Shown in pieces: positions 28,098 through 39,316 of a stretch of 64,000 nucleotides of DNA. The DNA is taken from the NCBI GenBank assembly GCA_965205485.1, contig OZ242180.1, forward strand, positions 320,001-384,000, written 5' to 3'. This stretch comes from Candidatus Latescibacterota bacterium. GTDB lineage: Bacteria; Latescibacterota; UBA2968; GCA-2709665. Position numbers and translations under genes: made by a program. Numbering within the stretch: the stretch's first letter is position 1; each line of letters starts with the position of its first letter. Below the pieces are notes generated by a model that worked only from the letters and a program-made list of their open reading frames with translations, did no database searches and had not been told where the DNA came from.

Positions 28098-30607
28098 TCA
28101 CATCGTCTCGGCTTTGTGCATGGTGAGGATATCCTCGCCCGTTCTATTGACGTCAAACGCGTAACATTCGTTGCCCGCCCCGATCACGAATCCATTCTCG
28201 TCTGCTGTCACCTGCGCGTTCAGGCTGTGATCCACGAACGCGAAGACCAGGACGTCGCCTGATGTCGACAGTCGCACGCGCATGCCAGGATCGCGGCCGC
28301 CCGGGAGAAGCTCTTCAGGCTCCCCGCCGCCAGTCCGGCGGGTGCGAAGGGGACCTCCTCCTGCTCGAAACAGGCGTCCTCACCGAAAAGCGGCATCACG
28401 TCGACTGTGCGCTCTCCGGCCCCGAACTGCGCGAGGTCTGTCCGTACGTCGCGCAGGTCCACCGGGTTCAGCTTCCATCCCATCGCCGCGCTTCCCGTTT
28501 CGGGCCCCATGTCCGTCTCGAAATCCACCTTCAGTCGCCTGCGGCCTGGGCATTTCAGGTCAAGCATGCCAAGGTCGCATTTCAATCCCGTCCCCGGCAT
28601 CTGGACCGCGCCGCCGAAGGCGAGCACCGTATTCGATTTGATGTAAAACGTCCTCGGCTCGGCGCGCGATTCGAGGTTCTGCGAATCCACGCCCAGTTCG
28701 CCGAAGACCGCGGGGTCGTCGAACCGGTTCCGGCTGCCGTCGACTTCGATCTCGATGAACGGCCGGTCGCCCCGGCGGTTGAACCCGCCCCAACGGATGG
28801 CCGCGTCGTGCCAAAGGCCGGTTTCGATCTTCACGGGCGACGTCACCTCTACCGACGTATTCCGCTGGCTCTGCACGACAAACTTCAGCGCGCTGCCTTC
28901 CATGATCGCCAGCGAGTAACTGTTCACCCGGTTTCCCATCACGCGCCCCACGCCGATTCCTGTATTGAAAAGGACTCCCGGTCCGTCTTCCCGGCTCTCG
29001 CCATTCAGCCGGAAACGCATCTTCAATTCGCCTGCCCTGGGATTGAAGAAAGGGCCGCGTTCGTACTGCAGATAGTCCCGTCCGTTCAATCGCGCGAATC
29101 CCCCGCCCCGTTGTCGCGCCAACTTCACCCCGCGGCGACGGCGTCTCAATGCCGTGACCAGGATTGGCGACGGCCTCTTCAGCAGCCAATACTCCTGGTC
29201 CGTTCGAACGGAGCGGACGCGCAGCCGGTCGCAACGCTCATCCTCTTTCAACCGCTTCAGGAACGCGACGATCTCGTTCTGTCCGCCCACGAAGGGAAGA
29301 CTCCCGCAGGCCACCGGCTGCGCTTCTTCCGCGGAGATCGACTTCAGTACCGGATGTCCGGACCACTGCGCGTGCAGGTTCAGATACCCGTGAGCGCCCC
29401 CGCCCTTGTATCCGGTCACGCTGCAGACCACCGCATCCCTGTCCCATCCGCTTCTCAGGAGCCCCGCCTCGCCATAGTGCGCCCGCATAAACGTCCTGGA
29501 ATGCGGGAGTTCCTGCCTGCGACGGGACGGATGGAACGCCGGATCGCAATAGCAATACGCATACGGACCGTACGAGATCATGCACTCGGCACTGGTCCCC
29601 TTCACGCCCATCCCGAATCTGTAGAGCCTCCCCAATCTCGGATCGCCGAGGGCCACGTCGCACATCTCCACGTCTCCCGCCTCCTGCGCCAGGCGAAGCA
29701 GGGTCACCGAACACGCATTGAGCTGACTGCCCGTGATCACGTTCGAATTCTGCGGATAATAGACCCTGTCTTCAATCAACCTGGGCGGCGCCAGGTGGTA
29801 ACGGAACCACTTCAGGGGCCGTTCCAGGCGCTTCGGGAACTCCCTGTAGAGATCCTCGCCGGTCACATTTCTCAGCGCGTCGGCGAAATGAAGCATCCAG
29901 AGGTTCTCCCACGGCCAGAACGAGGCGCCGTCTCCGGGCTCGCCGTCACGCCCGCAGCCGTTGGGCATCACCCCGGCACGAAACCGGTCGACAACGGCCG
30001 CCACCCACGCTTCCGCATCGGGATGTTTTCCAAGCAGATGCAGGGCAGCCGCGCCGAAGTGCCCGTTATCGACCACGGCGTGGTGCCGTCCGTCGGACGA
30101 ATGCCTGGACCTCTCCACGTCGGGCCACCAGCGCTCCATCAACCGGACGAGGCACGCCGTCGCCCGTACTTTTTCGCCGTCCGGCAACACATCGTCCAGC
30201 AGGTCCAGTGAGAGCGCAAACGCCTGCATATAGCGATTTGCGGTATAGAAATGCTCCTCCACGCGGTCGCTGTGTTCCCACTCAGACGCCGCCCGCATCC
30301 AGTCTCTGGCGCGTTTCAGCCAGCGCGGCTCACCGGTCAGCCTCCACGCGAACGCATAGTTCTCCATGAGCGCCGTTGCGTGCATCCCCGTATAGAAGGT
30401 GAGGTACAGCTGGTGGTACGGGTGCGGGCTGTCCGGCCGTTCGGGGATGCGTTTCCACGGACGCTGAGAATGGTATTCCTCGCAGTCCGCGAGGAGGTTT
30501 CCCAGAATGCGTTTTCGGGCCTCATCCTCCGGCGGGTTGAACCTGTACAATGGATCGTCGGCCGGACGGTACAGCCGGGGATGTTCTTCACGCAGAATCC
30601 GGGTCAT
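28098..30607 (-). CDS. Heparinase II/III or alginate-lyase-like protein with LamG-like insert; probable frameshift near 28300
   Basis: AFAWRLTGEPRWLKRARDW toroid-like region; LLRSGWD; GLWHDAAIRW; the 795-aa frame stops at 28220 while an overlapping frame continues to 28098. Confidence 0.55.
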
Positions 30608-30691
30608 TTTGCGACTCCATTATTGTGGTTTGGATCTGTCGCTGAGTTGGAGCACTGTAGTGGGATTGGTGGGTTTGTACACGTTCAGTTT

Positions 30692-30757
30692 CCCCCCACC
30701 GGCGTGCCTTCGGGCTGACGCCCTTGGCTTGCCGACTCCCCCTCAAGGGGGGAATGA
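30692..30757. repeat. REP-like palindromic element, copy 2 (inverted)
   Basis: CCCCCCACCG...CGACTCCCCCTCAAGGGGGGAATGA, reverse-complement match to the ends of 18167-18252. Confidence 0.65.
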
Positions 30758-30798
30758 TGCGTACTGTCCCGGCGAATCAGGCTCCGCATATTCTCCAA

Positions 30799-31929
30799 TC
30801 AGCGCACTCTCGCCGCCCTGATCGCATCCACGGCAAACGTGCCTTCCGGGCAATAGACCGACACAATAACTTCCGGCCCGACTGCCTGAAACTCAAGGAC
30901 GACCTTTCTGTCCTCCCTGCGAACCGAAACAACCCGCGCTGCCTTCAGCGGAGACGGCTTGAGGACGGGCGGGTTGACGTGCGTACTGTAATATTCGATA
31001 AGTACACGACACGGCCCGGGCGTCCTGATGGACCAGGTATGGAAGCCTGGCGGATACGTGCCGCCCAGGTAGTGGCCGCCCGCATATGCGGGCCCGTTCG
31101 ACACCAACCTCAGCACGTCGTTGTAATTCCCGTCCGCTTCACCGATCCACATTTCTTCCTGTACCGACAGGTCCGCGTCGACGGGAAAGGACACCGGGTC
31201 GTTGTGTCCGTAGGCGACCGGAAATGTCTCCGCGAGGTATTTCCGGTAGAGATCCAGAATCGGCGTCTTGTACCTGTCTTTCAGGTAGTCCGCCTCGACC
31301 GCCATAACCCCGTGAGACCGGACCGTATCGTCATACCGGCCGATCCAGGGCCGTTCCACCACCTTAAACGCCGTCCAACGGTCCTGCGCCATCACAAGAT
31401 CGTGGAACGACGCAACTTCCCCGGTGCCGTCATACGCCTTCTTCGAGTAAAAGAACAGACCGAACGTAGGATCCAGCAGATGCCATTTCCCGTCGTAGTA
31501 CACCTCGCTGATGGCGTGACTGCCCATGATCGGACGGAGATTGAACGCGCCGATATACCGGGAAGGTAGCCCCACCATCCGGCAGAGTACCCGGTGTACG
31601 TGCGAGAGCCCGCCGCAGATCGCATAGCCCTCCCTGATTATCTTCGTGGCCGTCCCGCCGTTGTTCTTCAGTTCGAGAGCAGACGACGCATAACGCAGAA
31701 TCGCGATCCCTTTCTGCTCGTCCGTCAATCCCCCGGTTCCGTCCGGGAAGATGCTTTTCAGCACGTTCTCCAGGAATGCACGGTCCTCTTCTGATGAAAT
31801 CTCCAGGTCTTCAGGTACGGGCATCGTACGAAAAGGCGGCATTGGACCCTTCTTCGTTGAAGCCATGGCCGATGCGGGACCCAGCAGCACCACGAAAAAA
31901 ACCGGCGCAATCAGAAACACGGAAAACAT
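30799..31929 (-). CDS. Exported transglutaminase-like (Cys-His-Asp) domain protein
   Basis: Signal-like N-terminus; GYAICGGLS...SHAISEVYYDGKWHLLDPT. Confidence 0.8.
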   Translation of the reverse strand: MFSVFLIAPVFFVVLLGPASAMASTKKGPMPPFRTMPVPEDLEISSEEDRAFLENVLKSIFPDGTGGLTDEQKGIAILRYASSALELKNNGGTATKIIREGYAICGGLSHVHRVLCRMVGLPSRYIGAFNLRPIMGSHAISEVYYDGKWHLLDPTFGLFFYSKKAYDGTGEVASFHDLVMAQDRWTAFKVVERPWIGRYDDTVRSHGVMAVEADYLKDRYKTPILDLYRKYLAETFPVAYGHNDPVSFPVDADLSVQEEMWIGEADGNYNDVLRLVSNGPAYAGGHYLGGTYPPGFHTWSIRTPGPCRVLIEYYSTHVNPPVLKPSPLKAARVVSVRREDRKVVLEFQAVGPEVIVSVYCPEGTFAVDAIRAARVR

Positions 31930-32022
31930 GGCAGGCCTCCATTCGTTTTCGATGACGATTTTCAGCAAGATAAGCACCGTCCCGCGAAACAGCAAGCCGC
32001 GAGACGCGGATACGCCCTTCTA

Positions 32023-32210
32023 TGAAGCTGCTTTAAAATTACCGGTGAGTTCCCGAGCGCGAGCGAAAAAGCGGCGGTCAAGGCGGGAAAATCCACCTAT
32101 GAGAGGCGAGCAAGCGCAGCCTCGATCTCGTAGGACGGGCGGGTTTGACCAACGCCGACCGGCGCTTTTGCAGCCGCGCGAAGACCGCTGGGAATTTTAA
32201 GGCAGCTTCT
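32023..32210. mobile_element. MITE-like element family A, full copy
   Basis: TIRs GAAGCTGCTTTAAAATT / AATTTTAAGGCAGCTTC; TA on both flanks; homologous to 49260-49334 and 55811-56026. Confidence 0.75.
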
Positions 32211-32224
32211 TACATGGAATCCGC

Positions 32225-32253
32225 TTGACAGAAACATCCCCCGCCGGTAACTT
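32225..32253 (+). promoter_or_regulatory. Sigma70-type promoter of pyrC-carA
   Basis: TTGACA-17 nt-TAACTT. Confidence 0.65.
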
Positions 32254-32289
32254 TTCATTCAAAATCCCTCGCCGCACCACCATCTTCTA

Positions 32290-33609
32290 ATGAGCCCGGC
32301 CACGCCAATTCTCCTCAAGAACGGACGAATCATCGATCCAGCCAATGCGGTCGACGCGTCCTCGGACCTTATGATCCGCGATGGGCTCATCGACCGCATC
32401 GCCCCCGGAATCGAACCCCCAGCCGACGCACATATCATCGACGTCACCGGAAAGCTGGTCGTCCCCGGACTCATCGACATGCACGTCCACCTTCGGGACC
32501 CCGGGTTTCCCGAAAAGGAAACGGTGGAATCCGGGTGCCGGGCCGCGGCTTCCGGTGGATTTACCGCGGTCGCCTGCCTGCCCAACACCGACCCGCCGAT
32601 CGATACTCCCGCAACCGTCGAATACATCGTGAAGAAGGCCCGGAAGGCGGATGCGCGCGTCTATCCGATCGCCTGTGCGACAAAAGGGATGAAGGGTGAG
32701 GAACTCACCGACGTCGATGCCCTTCTTGATGCCGGCGCCGTGGGGTTTTCCGACGACGGGCTGCCGATTGAATCCGATGCCGTCATGCGCGATCTCCTGC
32801 GCCTGTCGGACCGACGTAGATTTCCGGTCTGCCCGCACACCGAGGAATTCGCGCTCACAAGGGACGGGCACATGCACGAAGGCGCCGTCTCTCGCGAACT
32901 GGCCATCAAAGGCATGCCAGGCGAAGGCGAGGCGGCCATGGTCGAGCGGGACATCAACCTGCTGCGCTCGGTTGGCGGACGGCTGCATATCCTCCACATA
33001 AGCGTTCGGCGCGCCGTGGACCTGGTGCGACGCGCAAAATCCGAGGGCCTGCAGGTTACCTGCGAAGCCACGCCGCACCACGTCGCACTCACGGACGAAG
33101 ACGTACGCGTTTACGGTACGCAGGGCAAGATGAGCCCTCCCCTGCGTTCGGCCGACGATCGCTATGCCCTGCTCGAGGGACTCGCCGACGGCACAATTGA
33201 CGCACTCGCCACGGACCACGCGCCCCACACGGTTACGGAAAAAATCCGGCACTTTCCCGAAGCGCCAAACGGAATCCTGGGGCTGGAAACCGCCGTGGGG
33301 ACTTTCTTCACCCATCTTGTTGAACCCGGCATCCTTTCAGCACCGGACGTTATCCGGATGCTTAGCGCTACACCCGCGCGGATCCTGGGTATACCCGGGG
33401 GCACGCTGACTCCCGGAGCGCCGGGGGACGTGTCGGTCATCGATCCATCGCTTGTCTGGGTCGTCGACGCCAATACATTCCGCTCCAGGTCCAGGAACAC
33501 ACCGTTTCACGGGCACACGCTGACCGGCAGTGCCATTTTGACGATCCTCGGCGGACGCGTGACCCACGACGCGGGTGACGACGGAGACCTGGCAGCCCCA
33601 ACCGCGTGA
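32290..33609 (+). CDS. pyrC: Dihydroorotase (type I)
   Basis: DMHVHLRDPG; PNTDP; FSDDG; TCEATPHH; ATDHAPH; SRNTPF. Confidence 0.92.
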   Translation: MSPATPILLKNGRIIDPANAVDASSDLMIRDGLIDRIAPGIEPPADAHIIDVTGKLVVPGLIDMHVHLRDPGFPEKETVESGCRAAASGGFTAVACLPNTDPPIDTPATVEYIVKKARKADARVYPIACATKGMKGEELTDVDALLDAGAVGFSDDGLPIESDAVMRDLLRLSDRRRFPVCPHTEEFALTRDGHMHEGAVSRELAIKGMPGEGEAAMVERDINLLRSVGGRLHILHISVRRAVDLVRRAKSEGLQVTCEATPHHVALTDEDVRVYGTQGKMSPPLRSADDRYALLEGLADGTIDALATDHAPHTVTEKIRHFPEAPNGILGLETAVGTFFTHLVEPGILSAPDVIRMLSATPARILGIPGGTLTPGAPGDVSVIDPSLVWVVDANTFRSRSRNTPFHGHTLTGSAILTILGGRVTHDAGDDGDLAAPTA

Positions 33610-33690
33610 CGCGGGATCAATGCGTTACACCGAGCCGGAAGCCATCAGGCAAGCCTGTGTTCCGGCACCTCTGAGGAGCAACTCGCATCC

Positions 33691-34812
33691 ATGAAAGCCA
33701 TCCTTGCCCTGGAAGACGGCACCTGCTACGATGGAGAGTCATTCGGCGCGCCCGGTGAATGTGTGGGCGAGGTCGTATTCAACACAAGCATCACCGGGTA
33801 TCAGGAAATCCTCACCGATCCCTCATACAAGGGTCAGATCGTGACGATGACCTATCCCCTCATCGGGAACTACGGCGTCAATCCGAACGACGTTGAGTCT
33901 GCGCGGCCCCAGGTGGAAGGTTTCGTGGTCAGGGAATACTGCGAACTGCCAAGCAACTGGCGTTCGTGTGAATCTCTCGGCGACTACCTGAAACGCAATG
34001 GCATCCTGGGCATTCAGGGGATCGACACGCGGGCGCTGACGCGGCGGATTCGCAACGAAGGCGCCATGAAGAGCGCCCTGTCCACGCTGGATCCGGACCC
34101 ATGCAGCCTGGTCGACAAGGCCAGGAAGTCGCCGGGTATGGCGGGGCGGGACCTTGCGCGAGCGGCCGGCTGCAACGAGCCGTACCGCTGGACCGAAGGC
34201 CTGTTCAACTATGAGCAAGGACGGACGGAAACGCTCCCGGGAAGCCCTCGTTTCCGGGTCGCCGTCTACGACTTCGGCGTCAAGCGAAACATCCTTCGGT
34301 ACCTCGTCAGCCGCGGCTGCGACGTCACCGTGTTTCCGGCCGACGCGCCTGCGGATCAGCTGCTGGAAATCGACCCCCACGGAATCTTCCTGTCAAACGG
34401 TCCGGGCGACCCTGAGCCCCTTACCGGTGCGGTGGAGAACATCCGGCAGCTCATGCGCGTCAGACCGACCTTTGGCATCTGCCTCGGCCATCAGCTGCTG
34501 GGTCTGGCCCTCGGCGGGCGGACGTACAAACTGAAGTTCGGTCATCGGGGCGCCAACCAGCCCGTCAAGGAACTGGATACGGGCAAGGTGGAAATTACCT
34601 CACAGAATCACGGGTTTGCCGTCGACGCGGACTCGCTGGACCTCGGCGAGGTTGAAGTCACCCACGTCAACCTGAATGACAACACACTGGAAGGGTTGAG
34701 ACACAAGCACCTGCCCATCTTCTGCGTACAATACCACCCTGAAGCGTCCGCGGGACCGCACGACGCCGAATATCTCTTCGATCGGTTTGTGGAACTGATG
34801 AAAGAGGCGTAG
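33691..34812 (+). CDS. carA: Carbamoyl-phosphate synthase small subunit
   Basis: [35 protein letters not shown]. Confidence 0.97.
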   Translation: MKAILALEDGTCYDGESFGAPGECVGEVVFNTSITGYQEILTDPSYKGQIVTMTYPLIGNYGVNPNDVESARPQVEGFVVREYCELPSNWRSCESLGDYLKRNGILGIQGIDTRALTRRIRNEGAMKSALSTLDPDPCSLVDKARKSPGMAGRDLARAAGCNEPYRWTEGLFNYEQGRTETLPGSPRFRVAVYDFGVKRNILRYLVSRGCDVTVFPADAPADQLLEIDPHGIFLSNGPGDPEPLTGAVENIRQLMRVRPTFGICLGHQLLGLALGGRTYKLKFGHRGANQPVKELDTGKVEITSQNHGFAVDADSLDLGEVEVTHVNLNDNTLEGLRHKHLPIFCVQYHPEASAGPHDAEYLFDRFVELMKEA

Positions 34813-35038
34813 ACACCCGGCAGCGGAAGAACGGCCAAGTGTCCGCGAACATGTCGGGGCGATCGGGACAAATGGCGGAACGCGAGACGGGATGAATGGG
34901 TGGATGAATGGCGACATATTTCCGGGACGGGAAACCATGCCTTGCCTGCAGAGCGTCTATATAAACGGACTGTTATATGGAACGCATTTCGTCCATCAGA
35001 CGTCCAACAGGTGGAATCGTGATTGACGTCAATAGCCC

Positions 35039-35067
35039 TTGACAAGCCATTTTTATTGTCGTATTCT
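35039..35067 (+). promoter_or_regulatory. Sigma70-type promoter
   Basis: TTGACA-17 nt-TATTCT. Confidence 0.65.
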
Positions 35068-35122
35068 TTGTCACGTTCATTGAATGTGGCGTTACAGGCC
35101 GGGAATGCAGGAGGAAGACCAG

Positions 35123-35605
35123 ATGAAAGTGCTTATGATTTTGCTGGCCATTTCGTTGCTTGCGGTTGCTTCGGTTTCGGCTGAACCGTTGCTCCAACCT
35201 CAGCCGGCGAAACTCCCCTCCCTGAAAACCATCGATTTTTCGCCCAAACCCGTCGGATTGGGTGAAAAGTTCAAGGGCCTGTTCGACTCAGGCAGGCTTT
35301 CGTTCCGGAACACGGTCGGGTTCAACTTCCGTTCCGGGGCCTTCGGCGGCGCAAGCCAGTACTATCTCAATACCATCTCGTACCGCGCAAATACGGAGAA
35401 GCCCCTGCTGATCGAGGCGCAGGTCGGCCTCGAACACGTTCTCCAGGGCAACTCCACCTTCGGATCCGCGCTGGGTAACAGTAACAGCACGAGGCTCGTC
35501 ATTCCCTACGTGGGCATGTTCTACCAGCCCAGGGAAAACATCCAGATTGAAATCCAGTTGAGCAATTCGCCCTATTATCGATCCGGCAGCCGATTTCGGT
35601 ATTGA
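35123..35605 (+). CDS. Exported hypothetical protein
   Basis: AGGAGG RBS; signal peptide MKVLMILLAISLLAVASVSA; beta-rich mature region. Confidence 0.75.
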   Translation: MKVLMILLAISLLAVASVSAEPLLQPQPAKLPSLKTIDFSPKPVGLGEKFKGLFDSGRLSFRNTVGFNFRSGAFGGASQYYLNTISYRANTEKPLLIEAQVGLEHVLQGNSTFGSALGNSNSTRLVIPYVGMFYQPRENIQIEIQLSNSPYYRSGSRFRY

Positions 35606-35631
35606 AAGTCGTCTCCAGGTCACTTTTACAT

Positions 35632-35678
35632 ACGGGACATACGCCCGGTCGTACCGGGCAGTGTCCCGTTCCGTTTTT
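35632..35678 (+). terminator. Probable intrinsic terminator
   Basis: ACGGGACA..GCCCGGT-CGT-ACCGGGC..TGTCCCGT followed by a T-rich tail. Confidence 0.55.
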
Positions 35679-35687
35679 CGGGCACAG

Positions 35688-35847
35688 CAGCCCGTTGAAA
35701 AAGTCCATCCGGGCTGCGTCCGGCCCTTGCGGTCGTAATACTGCGTTGCGCTCCCTCGCCGAATCGCAGGATGGGACTCGGTCGCGCGCCTTGTCTTCGG
35801 CCACAATGGCTCGGCCTCGCCTGCAGAGCGACTTTATCAACGGACTG
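35688..35847. mobile_element. MITE-like element family B
   Basis: TIRs CAGCCCGTTGAAAAAGTC / GACTTTATCAACGGACTG (16/18 match) around a partly self-complementary core. Confidence 0.6.
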
Positions 35848-35854
35848 ATAGCAG

Positions 35855-36364
35855 ATGTCACGGAAGATCATCCTGCTTGCTGTGGGGGCGTTGACATTCG
35901 CAGGGATTGCCGTCTTCGACATCCAGCGGCGGTTGCCGTCAGAACCCCCTTCAGCCGTAACGGAGCCTGAACCCGTCGCCGCGCCGAAGCCGGAATCATT
36001 CGCCGTTTCGCAACCGGAATCTCTCGCGAAATCAAATCCGGATACGATGAAGGCGATCCGCATCGAAGTACTCAACGGCTGCGGCGTCGCCGGGGTCGCG
36101 GAAAAGGTGGGGCGTTACCTTCGGGAAGCGGGTTTCGACGTGATGACGTGGAAAAACGCCGACAGCTTCAACTATCCCGAAACCATCGTCATCGATCGGA
36201 CCGGCAATCTCGAAAGCGCCCGCATCGTGGCCGGCGCCATGGGACTTCGGACGCACATACAACAGATCGTACACGACCCATATCGCATCGAACAGGTCGC
36301 GGTCATCATAGGCCGGGATTACGATCGCCTGGATATGTTTACACGCGACCGGCCGCGACAGTAG
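35855..36364 (+). CDS. Membrane-anchored LytR C-terminal domain protein
   Basis: N-terminal TM; IEVLNGCGVAGVA; NAD; VAVIIGRDY. Confidence 0.85.
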   Translation: MSRKIILLAVGALTFAGIAVFDIQRRLPSEPPSAVTEPEPVAAPKPESFAVSQPESLAKSNPDTMKAIRIEVLNGCGVAGVAEKVGRYLREAGFDVMTWKNADSFNYPETIVIDRTGNLESARIVAGAMGLRTHIQQIVHDPYRIEQVAVIIGRDYDRLDMFTRDRPRQ

Positions 36365-36422
36365 CCCCCAACGCGCCACCCCCGGCGATATCGAGTCGTT
36401 CAGTCAAGGAAACGTAACCGCA

Positions 36423-36824
36423 TTGTCCAATCAGATACGTGAAATACTGGACCTTTGTATCGAGTGCCTTCAGTCCCGAAAGGGTGAAGACCTGCTCTTG
36501 ATCGATCTGCGCACGGTCTCCGACGTCGCGGACTACTTTCTCATCTGTACCGGCAATTCGGACGTGCACGTCAGGGCCCTCGCGGACGCGTTGCAGGAAG
36601 GCACGAAAGCGGCCGGCTACCGGCCGTGGCATATCGAGGGACAGGAATCGCGCACCTGGGTTCTGTTCGACTATATCGACGTCGTTGTACACATCTTCCA
36701 ACCGAAGGCGCGGGCGTTCTACCGCCTCGAGCGCCTCTGGGGCGACGCCCCGTCCGAGCGAATCGAAGAAGATCCGTCACTCGCCGAAGCATCCTCCGTT
36801 GAACGTCCCGCGGAACTTTCCTGA
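36423..36824 (+). CDS. rsfS: Ribosome silencing factor
   Basis: KGEDLLLIDL; DYFLICTGNS; WVLFDYIDVVVHIF; FYRLERLWGDA. Confidence 0.93.
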   Translation: MSNQIREILDLCIECLQSRKGEDLLLIDLRTVSDVADYFLICTGNSDVHVRALADALQEGTKAAGYRPWHIEGQESRTWVLFDYIDVVVHIFQPKARAFYRLERLWGDAPSERIEEDPSLAEASSVERPAELS

Positions 36825-36864
36825 CGACCTTGCGTCGCGGGAACAGAGCTACTCACTACGACCG

Positions 36865-37905
<1,041 letters not shown>

Positions 37906-37944
37906 CACGTCGACGAATACACACGGGGAATCCGATTCCAGGCG

Positions 37945-39312
37945 CTATTGCCACATATTCACGCCGTCGCAGCCGTATGCCGGCAGCAACACGAAATGGT
38001 CGCCGGTCTCGATCAACCGATCCCTGAGAAGCCTGTGGTGCCGCGCGATTTCGTCCCTGTAGTCGGGGTGATCGATCAGGTTCCGCCGTTCGTACGGATC
38101 GGCTTCCAGATCGAAGAACTGCCATGCGCCCGCGCCCATTTTGTCTCCCCGGACGGTATATTTGTACCGCCGGCTGCGAAACCCCCGCCACACCCACCTG
38201 TTGAACGCCATTCCCTTGCGGAGTTCCGCCACGAATTCCAGCAGAACGCCCTCCCGATCCAGCGATTCGATCTCACCGCGCATCAGCGGGGACAGGTCCG
38301 TGCCCGGCAGGTGTTCGCCGGGGGTCATCCCCGCCAGACCCAGTAACGTGGGAAACAAGTCCTCCGTGCAGATCGGATCCTCGACGGCGGCGCCCGCATT
38401 ACCGGGGAAACGAGGGTCGCAGACAATCGCGGGAATGCCCACGGATTCCTCGTATGGCCACTGCTTACCCTTCAGTCCGTGGCTGCCGCCGAGTTCACCG
38501 TGGTCCGAGACAAACAACACAACGGTATTTTCCGCCAGACCCTGCGCCTCCAGAAATTCCGTCATCCGCCTGACGTTGTCATCCAGGTTCTCCACCATCG
38601 CGTAATACCGCTTGCGATCCAGCACGAATGCCTCGGACCGCGCCGCGTCGGGCGCCTCGAAATTGGGCGGCAGTTCAATCTCCCTGGCTTCCCAGGCCGC
38701 CTGAACGTCGGGCGGCGCTTCGAACGGGTCGTGCGGCGGCTCGACCGAAATGACCATACAGAACGGCCTGGAGCGATCCCGTTCCTCCGCCAGGTAGTTC
38801 ATTCCGATATCGTACAAGCCGTCGGTCTGATAGCCTTCGACGGGCCGGGGCGTCGGGTCGTCGTCCTCGAAATAGTACGTGTCGAAGGGCGCGTTTCTGA
38901 GTTCGAATCCGAACCACTTCTCCCAACGGCCCTGGTACGCCCGGGGCACGGGCGTACGCCCGCACTCGAGCGCGGAACCCATTCTTCCGTGACCGCCGTC
39001 CAGGTGCCACTTCCCCACGTAGACCGTTTCGTACCCCGCCTCGTTGAACGCATCGGCCAACGTATATTCCGTGGGCGACATCCGGTACTCGATACCGGGG
39101 ACCTTTCGGCTGTGGGCGTACTCTCCCGTCATGAATGTAAAACGGAACGGCACGCAGATCGGATAGGTCGAACACGCGTTTGAGAATCTGACGCCCCGCG
39201 TCGCGAGCGCGTCGATATGCGGCGTTTGCAGGTTCGCGTCGCCGTGGATCGACAGCGCGTCCCGCCGCAGCTGGTCGCACATCAGAACCAGGATATTGGG
39301 TCTTTCGGACAT
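37945..39312 (-). CDS. Sulfatase-family hydrolase (no signal peptide)
   Basis: RPNILVLMCDQLR; CVPFR (CxPxR); GKWHL; PPH; SDHGE; DPYERRNL. Confidence 0.9.
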   Translation of the reverse strand: MSERPNILVLMCDQLRRDALSIHGDANLQTPHIDALATRGVRFSNACSTYPICVPFRFTFMTGEYAHSRKVPGIEYRMSPTEYTLADAFNEAGYETVYVGKWHLDGGHGRMGSALECGRTPVPRAYQGRWEKWFGFELRNAPFDTYYFEDDDPTPRPVEGYQTDGLYDIGMNYLAEERDRSRPFCMVISVEPPHDPFEAPPDVQAAWEAREIELPPNFEAPDAARSEAFVLDRKRYYAMVENLDDNVRRMTEFLEAQGLAENTVVLFVSDHGELGGSHGLKGKQWPYEESVGIPAIVCDPRFPGNAGAAVEDPICTEDLFPTLLGLAGMTPGEHLPGTDLSPLMRGEIESLDREGVLLEFVAELRKGMAFNRWVWRGFRSRRYKYTVRGDKMGAGAWQFFDLEADPYERRNLIDHPDYRDEIARHHRLLRDRLIETGDHFVLLPAYGCDGVNMWQ

Positions 39313-39316
39313 TACG

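Noticed and set aside
28262..30211. 649-aa plus-strand ORF
   Set aside because: Antisense shadow of the heparinase-like gene; Arg/Pro-rich with no motifs. The same applies to the other long antisense ORFs, e.g. 10583-11818 and 50729-51937
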